The notes under the pieces are model-generated. The model made no database searches and was not told the origin of the DNA. It saw nothing but the letters and a program-made list of their open reading frames with translations. From Candidatus Moranbacteria bacterium GW2011_GWC2_40_12 (GTDB lineage Bacteria; Patescibacteriota; Minisyncoccia; Moranbacterales; UBA11712): a stretch of DNA of 64,000 nucleotides. The DNA is taken from assembly GCA_000995965.1 (NCBI GenBank), contig LBYD01000001.1:362848-426847 (forward strand). The letters run 5' to 3'. How positions within the stretch are numbered: position 1 is the first letter of the stretch; each line of letters begins with the position of its first letter. Below are positions 31,277-39,958 of the stretch, one piece after another. Both the position numbers and the translations under genes were made by a program.

Positions 31277-31475
31277 TTTTTCCTCCCTTGTTTTCACGAT
31301 GTGAAAAATAAAAAACCGGCTTTGTTGCCGGGCCAGTTTCGATTTCAAGTTCTTGGTCTCTTAAAACGAAAACTCACCGGGCAACTGCGGCCGGATAATA
31401 ATGCTAATAATAATTTGAGGAAAAGTTCTTCGGTTCATTATTTTATATTATTGTTGATTATAAAAAATTTGTCAA
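31277..31475 (-). promoter_or_regulatory. Promoter plus attenuator A
   Basis: TTGACA-N17-AATAAT; antiterminator GTTGCCCGG..GTTTTCG/CGAAAC..CCCGGCAAC; terminator CCGGC-AACAAA-GCCGG-TTTTTT. Confidence 0.65.
31361..31438 (-). CDS. Putative leader peptide A (Ile-rich)
   Basis: MNRRTFPQIIISIIIRPQLPGEFSF. Confidence 0.65.
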   Translation of the reverse strand: MNRRTFPQIIISIIIRPQLPGEFSF

Positions 31476-31528
31476 TTTTGAGGTTGCGGGGCGGACGCGA
31501 TGGCGTCCGGCCCCGAATTTATTTGAGG

Positions 31529-31894
31529 TTAGCGCGGGTTCTGCTGAAAAACATTCTTTTCTGAACCGGGTGGCTGTTTTCCGATTACTGTGCTATCGGG
31601 AAACAGCTCTTTGTCGTAAAAAAGACGGGCATCAGCGGAAAGGGTTTCCATTGCCTGAAGAACATCTCCTCCAAAATGAGCGATCTTGCAGGCAAAGCGC
31701 CAGGGACTCGGCACACCAGGTGGAACCATTTTAATCTGATTCAGCCCAAGGCCGCTCATGAGACCCTTGACAGTCTCAATAGAATAGTCGCTTCCCTTTG
31801 GCAGATGAAGGGCGCTTCCCATGCCCCTCTTGCCAGTAACCTGCCGAAAGACCACTTCGGCTTTTTCCGCCTGATCTGAACACGCAACATCCAT
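31529..31894 (-). CDS. ORFan under attenuator D
   Basis: AAGGAGGT SD before ATG. Confidence 0.6.
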   Translation of the reverse strand: MDVACSDQAEKAEVVFRQVTGKRGMGSALHLPKGSDYSIETVKGLMSGLGLNQIKMVPPGVPSPWRFACKIAHFGGDVLQAMETLSADARLFYDKELFPDSTVIGKQPPGSEKNVFQQNPR

Positions 31895-32116
31895 AAAGAA
31901 CTACCTCCTTGAAAATAAAATCCCGCTTCGGATCGATTCCTCGGCGGGTGAAATATTCTAGAGAAGTGTTGTGGTTTGAAGTTTAGAATACTTTACTCAA
32001 CGAGAAATCACAGCTGCCGATAAACAGCGCCTTCTTCCAAATCTTCACAATATATTTCTTCGTTGAATTGTTTTTCATCTTGCACTAATTTTACTTGATG
32101 ATAAATATGCTGTCAA
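31895..32116 (-). promoter_or_regulatory. Promoter plus attenuator D
   Basis: TTGACA-N17-TAAAAT; alternative pairings; CCCGC...GCGGG-ATTTTATTTT. Confidence 0.55.
31983..32078 (-). CDS. Putative leader peptide D (Lys-rich)
   Basis: MKNNSTKKYIVKIWKKALFIGSCDFSLSKVF. Confidence 0.55.
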   Translation of the reverse strand: MKNNSTKKYIVKIWKKALFIGSCDFSLSKVF

Positions 32117-32125
32117 TACGCTTCA

Positions 32126-32168
32126 AAAAAAAAAGGGGGCAAGAGCGATGAAAGTCGTCTTGTCCCCC
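32126..32168 (-). terminator. Intrinsic terminator
   Basis: GGGGGACAAGA...TCTTGCCCCC then T-run. Confidence 0.75.
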
Positions 32169-32207
32169 AGCAATATCATGGAGATCCGGTCAGCCGTCAG
32201 AAAATTA

Positions 32208-32354
32208 TTAGCTGGACGAGCCATGCTTTTTCTGTTCGTTATTCGGACATTTTTCCGGCACCACCCCTGTTTGGGACCGGCATCCGAGCCCGAGAGCCGC
32301 ATTGTTCTTGCATCCGCAGCATTGCGGATGCGGATTTTTGGCTGTATCAGCCAT
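32208..32354 (-). CDS. Small Cys-rich ORFan (48 aa, absent from ORF track)
   Basis: AAAGGAGG SD; MADTAKNPHPQCCGCKNNAALGLGCRSQTGVVPEKCPNNEQKKHGSSS. Confidence 0.55.
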   Translation of the reverse strand: MADTAKNPHPQCCGCKNNAALGLGCRSQTGVVPEKCPNNEQKKHGSSS

Positions 32355-32381
32355 AGAACGCCTCCTTTGCGCCGTTGCGCA

Positions 32382-32705
32382 TCAAAAAATTTTCGTTATT
32401 GCCAACTCGCTGACCTCGCAGGAATCCAGTCTGTTATTGCATTGGCAAACAAATCTTTGAGATGTTTTCCAGTAGGTCTCGTATGAAGCTGGAAGACATC
32501 GAAAGCCACATGCCATGCAATAAAATAGTATCTCTGTTTCTTGAATTCTCTCCACGATTCCCTTGGCAATGCAACGTGGACAATGCTTTTTTACTCCGAC
32601 TTCATAGCCGCCACATTTGCCGCATTTTTTGGATTCCGGAAAAATTTTTTTGAAATGAACTAGCCGTTCTTTTTCGTGTCCTAATCCCGCTGGATTTTCA
32701 GGCAT
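32382..32705 (-). CDS. Zn-ribbon-like Cys-rich ORFan under attenuator E
   Basis: CGKC, CPRC, CMAC, CQC; GGGAGGAG SD. Confidence 0.65.
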   Translation of the reverse strand: MPENPAGLGHEKERLVHFKKIFPESKKCGKCGGYEVGVKKHCPRCIAKGIVERIQETEILFYCMACGFRCLPASYETYWKTSQRFVCQCNNRLDSCEVSELAITKIF

Positions 32706-32936
32706 GACTCTTTCTCCTCCCTAAAATAAAAAATCGGCGCTTCATGTTTTGCGCCGGGCGGAGGATTCTATGTGTTTTATCGAAATTTCTAGTTGATGAT
32801 CTTATAAAACACTCTGCCCAACGAAAAACGCACTACGACGAGTAGCAGCATAAGCGCGAGCAAAGTCTGGAAAGAATTTTTCGCGATGGCAGATTGCATA
32901 CCTTGATAATCTATAAAATATTCCCGAATCAGTCAA
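32706..32936 (-). promoter_or_regulatory. Promoter plus attenuator E
   Basis: TTGACT-N17-TAGATT; terminator CGGCGC-N10-GCGCCG-ATTTTTT; 2:3 GGGCAGAGTGTTTTAT/ATAAAACAC..CTCCGCCC. Confidence 0.65.
32789..32899 (-). CDS. Putative leader peptide E (Leu/Val-rich)
   Basis: MQSAIAKNSFQTLLALMLLLVVVRFSLGRVFYKIIN. Confidence 0.65.
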   Translation of the reverse strand: MQSAIAKNSFQTLLALMLLLVVVRFSLGRVFYKIIN

Positions 32937-32943
32937 GAGAAAG

Positions 32944-32952
32944 TTATCCACA
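32944..32952 (+). promoter_or_regulatory. DnaA box
   Basis: TTATCCACA exact. Confidence 0.5.
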
Positions 32953-33882
32953 GGACAATTCGAAAACCATGGACGATGCGCCCAAAAGCGGGGTGTTTTC
33001 TCCGAGTGAAGAAATTTTTATTTTTGGCAACTTCAAGAATTTATCGATATTTTTTTTAGCATATTTAAGCAATAAATCACCATTGTTGAGCGCCACTGCG
33101 CCGCCTAAAACAACGATCTCCGGGTCATAAGCCGCAATGACATTCGAGAGTCCCCGCCCGTTTATTCTCCCCAACTCTTCCATGAATTTCAGGGCGATTT
33201 TATCTTTCTTCCGTGCTGCATCGAAGATATCCTTCGCCCCACTTGGAAACTTAGTTTCCAAGTCATTAAAAATTCTGAAGAATTTCGGGATATTGTTCCC
33301 GGAAGCATAAGCTTCCCAATGTCCCCGGCCCTTCCCGCAAGTGCAGGCCACATTATATTTCGTATCAACCGCCATATGCCCGACTTCCGCCGCGTTACCG
33401 TCCTTCCCTGTCAAAAGGTTATTATTTACAACCGCGCCACCTCCAATTCCAGAAGATATGGTAATATAAACCAAGTTATTGTATTTTTTTTCCGCTCCGA
33501 AATATTTTTCTCCCAGCACCCCCGCGTTGCAATCATTTATCAGATGAACCGGTAATTTGAATTCTTTTTTCAGTGGCGCAACAATTGGCACGAACTTAAA
33601 ATTCATATTCGGCGGATTGACGCTCCTGCCTTTTTTCAAATCTATTGGGCCTGCTATACTCACTCCAATTCCCTTCATATACTCCCAAAGCTTTGCTTTG
33701 GGAGCTATATTTTTTATTTCTCTAATGACCTGTTCCGCGACAACATTTCCACTTTTTCCTTTACGGACCGTTTTCACAACATTTTTTACAATTATTTTCC
33801 CTTTATCATCGACAATTGCCACTCTTAGATTCGTCCCGCCGACATCCACCGCAAATGCCAAATTTTTTGCTTTTTTTGCCAT
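32944..33882 (-). CDS. ROK family sugar kinase (glucokinase-like)
   Basis: DVGGT, NDCNA, GIGGG, EVGH, CTCG..GHWEAYASG. Confidence 0.92.
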   Translation of the reverse strand: MAKKAKNLAFAVDVGGTNLRVAIVDDKGKIIVKNVVKTVRKGKSGNVVAEQVIREIKNIAPKAKLWEYMKGIGVSIAGPIDLKKGRSVNPPNMNFKFVPIVAPLKKEFKLPVHLINDCNAGVLGEKYFGAEKKYNNLVYITISSGIGGGAVVNNNLLTGKDGNAAEVGHMAVDTKYNVACTCGKGRGHWEAYASGNNIPKFFRIFNDLETKFPSGAKDIFDAARKKDKIALKFMEELGRINGRGLSNVIAAYDPEIVVLGGAVALNNGDLLLKYAKKNIDKFLKLPKIKISSLGENTPLLGASSMVFELSCG

Positions 33883-33998
33883 AGATTTGAATTAATCGCT
33901 CTGCAAACATTCTAGCACAAAAAGAAAAGTCCTCCCAAGTCTTGTAGATGTCGGGAGGGCTTCGTGAATTTTTTGATGCGCGTTGGCGCCAGAAGAAA

Positions 33999-34568
33999 CT
34001 ATTGACCAGCCGATTGCCAAAGAAAGCTATCCGGCTTGGGCTCGGCTGCCTTCTTCCTAAAGCCATCACATCTGACAATCGCCCGCCGGATTTTTGTCAC
34101 TATCCACTTTACTCTCGGCCGCAACCTTCCATCGGCATCGGTTGCATGGGCGCTCGTTTTGATCAGATTGATGCACTTCTTCAGGTGGGGAGCAGCCTTT
34201 GAATCTTGAATTTCCGCGATCCTGTCTATCAGGGGCGACAAAACCGAGAAATCGAAACGCCCATACACTTCAGGCCACTGAAGCATCCGGGCAAGCTGCT
34301 CAATGCGCCAATCCGGTATACCCTGGACAGCTACCGTTAGGGGAAAATAGCCGGCTGACCCATTGCTGAGGTCTTTGGGAATCTTTCCCTGCTGGCAATA
34401 CTCCTCGAGAAGGCTGAAATATACCAGCGGCGCTTCTGCCACGAGGGGCAAAAGTTTCTCATGGGCCAGCTCGTAATTTCGGTTGAAAAGCTGTTTCTCC
34501 TCGATCTCGGATGGCGGATTTAATATTTCTCTAATCAGCCCATCCATTTCTTCTCTAGCTGAAGCCAT
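33999..34568 (-). CDS. Helical ORFan under attenuator B
   Basis: 189 aa; AAGGAGG SD. Confidence 0.65.
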   Translation of the reverse strand: MASAREEMDGLIREILNPPSEIEEKQLFNRNYELAHEKLLPLVAEAPLVYFSLLEEYCQQGKIPKDLSNGSAGYFPLTVAVQGIPDWRIEQLARMLQWPEVYGRFDFSVLSPLIDRIAEIQDSKAAPHLKKCINLIKTSAHATDADGRLRPRVKWIVTKIRRAIVRCDGFRKKAAEPKPDSFLWQSAGQ

Positions 34569-34787
34569 TGACCTGCCTCCTTTTTGGGGAATAACTAAAA
34601 AACCGGCTCATTGTCCGATTTTGGTTTGCTTATAATTTTTGGAAGAATTTATTTTTTCGCTAAAATTCTACTCAAACCAAAACCGGCCTGGCGTGTAAAC
34701 CAGAAAAAATAATAGGAAAATTGGTTTTGGTTCGAGGATATGTTCATTTGAGTATTTTGATTGTAGCATGCCAAAAAAAATCGTCAA
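34569..34787 (-). promoter_or_regulatory. Promoter plus attenuator B
   Basis: TTGACG-N16-TACAAT with extended -10 TG; 1 AACCAAAACC, 2 CCGGTTTTGGTTTG, 3 CAAACCAAAATCGG, 4 CCGG-TTTTTT. Confidence 0.65.
34649..34747 (-). CDS. Putative leader peptide B (aromatic-rich)
   Basis: MNISSNQNQFSYYFFWFTRQAGFGLSRILAKK. Confidence 0.65.
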   Translation of the reverse strand: MNISSNQNQFSYYFFWFTRQAGFGLSRILAKK

Positions 34788-34883
34788 GCCTTTTATTGAA
34801 TTCCCCAGCCGCAGCAAGCTGCGGGGTATTATTAGTTCGTAATAAAAATTCGGGGCCGGTCCGTTTTGGACTGGCCCCGGGCT

Positions 34884-35093
34884 TTAGCCGACGGCAATTT
34901 CGCACCTTGCATCGCACTCCTCCGAACAGGGCCTCAAGCCGCGCCTCAAGATCATTTCAGCCGTCATCGGCTTGACCTTCAATTCCCAGCCATCCAATAA
35001 AATCAGGCAGCATTTCTCCGGCCGTCCGGAAACAGGGAAAAATCTGTTTCCCAAAATAACAAACTTACCGCCGACACCCTCCTTATTGCCCAT
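34884..35093 (-). CDS. ORFan under attenuator C
   Basis: GAGGAGGG SD; terminator near 34845-34882. Confidence 0.55.
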   Translation of the reverse strand: MGNKEGVGGKFVILGNRFFPVSGRPEKCCLILLDGWELKVKPMTAEMILRRGLRPCSEECDARCEIAVG

Positions 35094-35341
35094 CCGTTTT
35101 CCCTCCTCTTCAACAAAATAGTTTAAAAAAACCGATTCTTTGATCGGTCCGGGTTTAGAGAAAATTTATGTGAAGTTATTTTATGCTGCTGAAATTTTCG
35201 ATAAACCAAAACCGGCCAAAAAGTTTGTCTTCTTGGCATCCTTCTTCATGTTTTGGTTTTTTATCCCGCAGCGAACTGGTGCGGGGCGGATTATCGATCC
35301 GTTCATTGGCTCAATTATAAACATTTTATATTTTGCGTCAA
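35094..35341 (-). promoter_or_regulatory. Promoter plus attenuator C
   Basis: TTGACG-N16-TATAAT; terminator ACCGAT-CAAAGA-ATCGGT-TTTTTT; shares CCGGTTTTGGTTT with B. Confidence 0.6.
35181..35306 (-). CDS. Putative leader peptide C (Lys-rich; alternative start 35249)
   Basis: MNGSIIRPAPVRCGIKNQNMKKDAKKTNFLAGFGLSKISAA. Confidence 0.55.
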   Translation of the reverse strand: MNGSIIRPAPVRCGIKNQNMKKDAKKTNFLAGFGLSKISAA

Positions 35342-35474
35342 CTGTTTCCCCATTTCAGATAATCCTACGAGTTGAATATGCTTGGAATGTAAGATGTTCT
35401 GAAATGCGACGGGGCAAAAACTTTGAAGCCATTGGCTTCTCAAATTTTTGTCGAGGGCCCCGTCAAGCCTCGCT

Positions 35475-35822
35475 CTACTTAGCGGCCAGATCGGCCAGCA
35501 ACTCTTCCTCGATTTCCTGAGCGCCTTGCATCGCCGTCTGAAGCGGAATATTGACCGGAAGACCTCCCGGGAAGCGGGAACGAGTCGGCTGATTCTTGTA
35601 TTTCCCAATATCGCGATAAACTTCCATGAGCCGCGTCAGGGTTCCCAGCTTGGCTCCTCTTTTTTGGAGATTACCCGCGGCTCTCCACGTTTCCCTGCCG
35701 GGATTCACGAATTTTTTCTCACCTTGGATAATGCAACCTCTTCTCACCGCTTCCAGAAGCTCCACTGCCGTCATCTCATCGTGAGATGGAGCTCTTCTTT
35801 CGGGTTTGGGCAAATCAACCAT
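35475..35822 (-). CDS. Hypothetical ORFan (start revised to MVDLP)
   Basis: AAGGAGG SD before ATG 35822. Confidence 0.55.
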   Translation of the reverse strand: MVDLPKPERRAPSHDEMTAVELLEAVRRGCIIQGEKKFVNPGRETWRAAGNLQKRGAKLGTLTRLMEVYRDIGKYKNQPTRSRFPGGLPVNIPLQTAMQGAQEIEEELLADLAAK

Positions 35823-35930
35823 ATCTGCGCTTCCTCCTTGCCTTTTTATTTGTATCGGCATACTAGGATACCTTTCAATTTTTTTCAAGTATATTTGCAT
35901 ATTATGTATTTTTGCTGATAATATTTGTAT

Positions 35931-37043
35931 ATGGAAAAAACCCGATTAATTTTCGCCTCAACGAAAGACTCCGATATGCAATACGCGGTGAAAACGCCGA
36001 TCACCAGCTCTTTTTTCTATTTAGAGACCAAGGAGAAAAGATATGCCTTGCTTGATAAAGTTGATTTTGGAATTATCCCCAAAAAGGCAAAAATAATCTC
36101 CGTTCCGCTCAATCCTCTTTCCGTGGAAGCGAAAAAATTACGGTATAAGACTAGCGACCGCAACAAACTCGCCTATTATATCTTCAAAAAATACGGATTA
36201 ATGGGAAAAAGAGTCGAAGTTCCCATCCACTTTCCGCTCGATATGGCTGATTTTCTGCGTAAGAATGGCGCGAAACTCACCCCCACTTTTCCTTTTTTTC
36301 CGCAAAGAGCCATGAAAACGAAAGAAGAAATTGAATATATCAAAGAAAGCCTCGCCCACACAAAATTGGCTTTTCGGATCATTGAAAATATCCTCCGCCG
36401 ATCAAAGATAAGAAAAAATAGAATTTATTATCAGAATAAAATCCTAACCAGCGAATTTTTGAAACAGGAAGCCGAAAAAGCTTTGATTGAAAAAGGGATG
36501 TTCGATCTTTTGGGGATGATCATTTCCACCGGCGCGCAAACCGCCATTCCCCACCACAGCGGATCCGGACCGATCCGGCCGCATCAGCCGATTGTTTGCG
36601 ATATTTTTCCACGCCATAGAAATTCCGGTTATTTTTCCGATATGACCCGGACTTATGTCAAAGGAAAACCCTCGGCCGAAATCCAAAAAATGTATGAGGC
36701 AGTTTTGCGCGCGCAAAATGCGGCGATAAAAAAAATCCGCTCCGGAGTGAGTGCGAAAGAAATTTATGATATTTCGGCAAATGTTATTTTAAAAAACGGA
36801 TATCATATTGGCGACTCTGGATTTATTCACGGCCTCGGCCATGGAGTCGGACTCGACATTCACGAAAAACCAAGTCTTAAGCCCCATTCCGAAGATATAT
36901 TGGAAGCAGGGAACGTCATCACGATCGAGCCGGGATTATATTATTCAGGCATCGGGGGTATCAGACTCGAAGACATGGTCCTTGTCACCAAAACCAGTTG
37001 CCAGAATCTGACAAATTTTCCAAAAAGATTGGTTATCCCTTAA
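35931..37043 (+). CDS. Xaa-Pro peptidase, M24 family
   Basis: PHH, YFSDMTRT, HGLGHGVGLDIHE, TIEPGLY, GIRLED. Confidence 0.93.
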   Translation: MEKTRLIFASTKDSDMQYAVKTPITSSFFYLETKEKRYALLDKVDFGIIPKKAKIISVPLNPLSVEAKKLRYKTSDRNKLAYYIFKKYGLMGKRVEVPIHFPLDMADFLRKNGAKLTPTFPFFPQRAMKTKEEIEYIKESLAHTKLAFRIIENILRRSKIRKNRIYYQNKILTSEFLKQEAEKALIEKGMFDLLGMIISTGAQTAIPHHSGSGPIRPHQPIVCDIFPRHRNSGYFSDMTRTYVKGKPSAEIQKMYEAVLRAQNAAIKKIRSGVSAKEIYDISANVILKNGYHIGDSGFIHGLGHGVGLDIHEKPSLKPHSEDILEAGNVITIEPGLYYSGIGGIRLEDMVLVTKTSCQNLTNFPKRLVIP

Positions 37044-37190
37044 AATAAATTCACTACCATATGGAGCAATATCACTCTCGACATCGGATGTTGGGAGTTT
37101 TTATATTTTTACCACGAATTTTTACTCCGAAAGAAAAAGCCGGATCCCCCAGTCCGGCTCAACAAATCAAACGATTTCACCAACTTTTTT

Positions 37191-37481
37191 TTAGCTATGC
37201 GATGGCAATGAGAACTCTCTCATATAGCCGAAATAATCCGTTGCCGCTCCGAGGAGTTCTTCTGAGGAAATCGTTGGGTTTTCAGTTCGGATGACTTTCA
37301 GGATCTTATCCTCTGGAGCATCGAGGAGACAACTCCTGCAGACTGGAACAAAAAATTGGATTTCACCCCTGATCACACCCTTTTCGGAAGAAGAAATTTT
37401 TCCACACACTCGGCAAAAGAATCTGATATGGCGAGCAAGGAAACAACTCTTTCGGCTCGATAAGAACAATAATTCTCCCAC
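37191..37481 (-). CDS. Hypothetical ORFan with two CxxC
   Basis: CRVC...CRSC; AAGGGGG SD and TTGACT-N17-TAGATT promoter. Confidence 0.5.
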   Translation of the reverse strand: MGELLFLSSRKSCFLARHIRFFCRVCGKISSSEKGVIRGEIQFFVPVCRSCLLDAPEDKILKVIRTENPTISSEELLGAATDYFGYMREFSLPSHS

Positions 37482-37629
37482 GGCAACCCCCTTTCATTGA
37501 AGGTTAGGACTATATATTAATCTATTAACATATAGCTAGAAAGTCAAGTTTCTCACATAAAAAATTTCAAATATCTTTCATTTTAGAAATCTGGTTTATC
37601 AAAAAATTTTTGAATGTATTAAAAGTTGT

Positions 37630-39300
37630 TTAAAACAACCCCTTTATCCTCCCTTTTCCGTCCACATCAATCCTTTCCGCCGCGGGGAACTTGGGAAGAC
37701 CCGGCATAGTCATGATATCGCCGGCGATGGCGACGATGAAGCCGGCGCCGTTGGAAATTTTCATTTCCCTCACATTCAAAGTGAAATTTTCCGGCCGTCC
37801 CAGTTTTTTGGGGTCATCGGAAAGAGAATATTGCGTTTTGGCGATGCAAATCGGAATTTTCTCGAGATTTTCACGCTCAATCATTTTTATTTGCTTTTTG
37901 GCCTCTTGGGAATATACTATTTTATTTGCGCCGTATATTTCCTTCGCGATGATATTTATCTTATCATCAATAGATTTTTTTTCGCTATATAGCGGAGCAA
38001 ATTTGCTTTTTTCGCTTTTTATCGTTTCCAGTACTTTTTTTGCCAATTCTTTTCCTCCTTTTCCGCCTTTTCCCCAAACTTCGGAGCGGGCAATTCTTGC
38101 TCCCATATTCTTAACGGTATTTTCTATAAGTTTAATCTCTTTCTCGGTGTCACTTGGAAAGATATTGAGCGCCACAACCTCTGGAACACCGAATTTTTTC
38201 AAGTTTTCGAGATGTTTTTCAAGGTTCACAATGCCTTTCGAAAGCGCGTCAATATTTTCTTGAGTTAGATTATTTTTATCAATCCCGCCGTTATATTTGA
38301 GCGACCGCACCGTCGCTACAACCACCACCGCGTCGGGCTTCAGTTTCGCGAGCCGGCATTTGATGTCGAAAAATTTTTCCGCGCCAAGGTCGGCTCCAAA
38401 CCCGGCTTCAGTAATGGCATAATCCCCGAGTTTCAACGCGTATCGCGTTGCAAGCAGGCTGTTGCAGCCGTGGGCTATATTCGCAAAGGGTCCGCCATGG
38501 ATTAGAGCCGGCGTATGCTCAAGAGTCTGAACTAAATTGGGCATGAGGGCGTCTTTGAGGAGCGCCGCCATGGCGCCTTCGGCTTTCAACTCGCGGGCAA
38601 ATACCGGTTTCCCCGCCGCGTTGAGGCCGACGATAATTTTTCCAAGCCTTTTTTTGAGGTCCGCAATATTCTCCGCAAGGCACAAAATCGCCATGATTTC
38701 AGAGGCAACTGCGATATCGAATTTCTCTTCGCGCGAATACGCGCCAGATTTTTTTTTGATTTTCAAAGTTATCTGTCGAAGCGCCCGGTCATTGAGATCA
38801 AGACAGCGCTTCCAAAATATTTTTTTTGGGTCGATTCTCAGTTCGTTTCCAAAATATATGTGGTTGTCGATAAGCGACGCCAAAAGATTGTTCGCCGCCG
38901 CAACCGCGTGGATGTCGCCCGTGAAATGGAGATTGATATCCTCCATCGGCATCACCTGCGCATATCCTCCGCCCGCCGCGCCGCCTTTCATCCCCATTGA
39001 AGGCCCGAGAGACGGTTCGCGAAGTGCTAAAACGGCTTTTTTTCCCATTTTATTCAAAGCTTGCGCGAGACCAATTGAAGTTGTCGTTTTTCCTTCGCCG
39101 GCGGGCGTGGGAGTGATCGCCGTCACCAAAATCAGCTTCCCGTTCGGTCTTTTTTTGATTTTTTCCCAAAGCTCCGGTTTCAGTTTGGCTTTGGAATCTC
39201 CGTACAATTCTAAATCTCGTTCGGTTATGCCGATTTTTTTCGCGATTTCCCGGATCGGTTTCATTTTGGATTTTTGAGCGATTTGGATGTCAGGCAACAT
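37630..39300 (-). CDS. fhs: Formate--tetrahydrofolate ligase
   Basis: [35 protein letters not shown]. Confidence 0.98.
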   Translation of the reverse strand: MLPDIQIAQKSKMKPIREIAKKIGITERDLELYGDSKAKLKPELWEKIKKRPNGKLILVTAITPTPAGEGKTTTSIGLAQALNKMGKKAVLALREPSLGPSMGMKGGAAGGGYAQVMPMEDINLHFTGDIHAVAAANNLLASLIDNHIYFGNELRIDPKKIFWKRCLDLNDRALRQITLKIKKKSGAYSREEKFDIAVASEIMAILCLAENIADLKKRLGKIIVGLNAAGKPVFARELKAEGAMAALLKDALMPNLVQTLEHTPALIHGGPFANIAHGCNSLLATRYALKLGDYAITEAGFGADLGAEKFFDIKCRLAKLKPDAVVVVATVRSLKYNGGIDKNNLTQENIDALSKGIVNLEKHLENLKKFGVPEVVALNIFPSDTEKEIKLIENTVKNMGARIARSEVWGKGGKGGKELAKKVLETIKSEKSKFAPLYSEKKSIDDKINIIAKEIYGANKIVYSQEAKKQIKMIERENLEKIPICIAKTQYSLSDDPKKLGRPENFTLNVREMKISNGAGFIVAIAGDIMTMPGLPKFPAAERIDVDGKGRIKGLF

Positions 39301-39357
39301 AATACTCCTCGCGTAGAGGTTTAACCTCTACGATTAATTCTCTGCCAAGTTCATAAA

Positions 39358-39858
39358 TCAATTCATCACTTTGTATTTCACCACCACCGAATTTTCGTTT
39401 ATTTTTTCCACACCCAAAAGTTTCAAGTCGATGTTGAAATCGCCGCTGAAAACTCCGAGGCCATCGCCGAAAATTTTGGGTTCGATCGTGAGCCAGATTT
39501 CGTCAATGAGCTTTCGTTCGAGAAATTGGGAATTCATGTATGTCCCCCCGCCCAGAACCGCGGATTTGTATCCCATTTTTTTGAGCTCCAGAAGGACTTT
39601 CTCCGGCTCCCCCGTCACCCATTTCACGTTTTCCGTTTCTGGAGGATTCTCAAGAAGAGTGAAAACGACATTCAGCCGGTCCGACAGAGGCTTTGGAAAA
39701 GTGAAGAAAGTTTTGTCGCCCATGATCACGGCGCCGTGTTCTTTTGTCACTTCTGCGAACATTTTTTTGTCTTCCTTCGACGTCCAATTAGGAAAATGAT
39801 CGCTGTTCTTGGCGATCTTTCCGTCAGCAGTCATGGCCATCATCAATATTATTTTCAT
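39358..39858 (-). CDS. Dihydrofolate reductase (DHFR/RibD-C family)
   Basis: AMTADGKI, W.SKEDKKMF, IMGDKTF, LGGG; next to thyA. Confidence 0.85.
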   Translation of the reverse strand: MKIILMMAMTADGKIAKNSDHFPNWTSKEDKKMFAEVTKEHGAVIMGDKTFFTFPKPLSDRLNVVFTLLENPPETENVKWVTGEPEKVLLELKKMGYKSAVLGGGTYMNSQFLERKLIDEIWLTIEPKIFGDGLGVFSGDFNIDLKLLGVEKINENSVVVKYKVMN

Positions 39859-39958
39859 AAAAAAACTCGCTAATTTGAACAAATGATTTGCGAATTTGAG
39901 CTGATATCTTAACAGTTCGCTCTGATTAGCCTTTTATTCGCTCCTCATTCGCGAGTAA

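Noticed and set aside
31277-35341. T-box or metabolite riboswitches as explanation for the leaders
   Set aside because: No T-box GGTGGNACCGCG motif or aptamer I recognise; intact uORFs with codon runs fit translation-coupled attenuation better.
26262-37481. Integron cassette array or prophage
   Set aside because: No integrase, attC-like structure or phage structural genes; ORFans have their own promoters and alternate with housekeeping-type genes.
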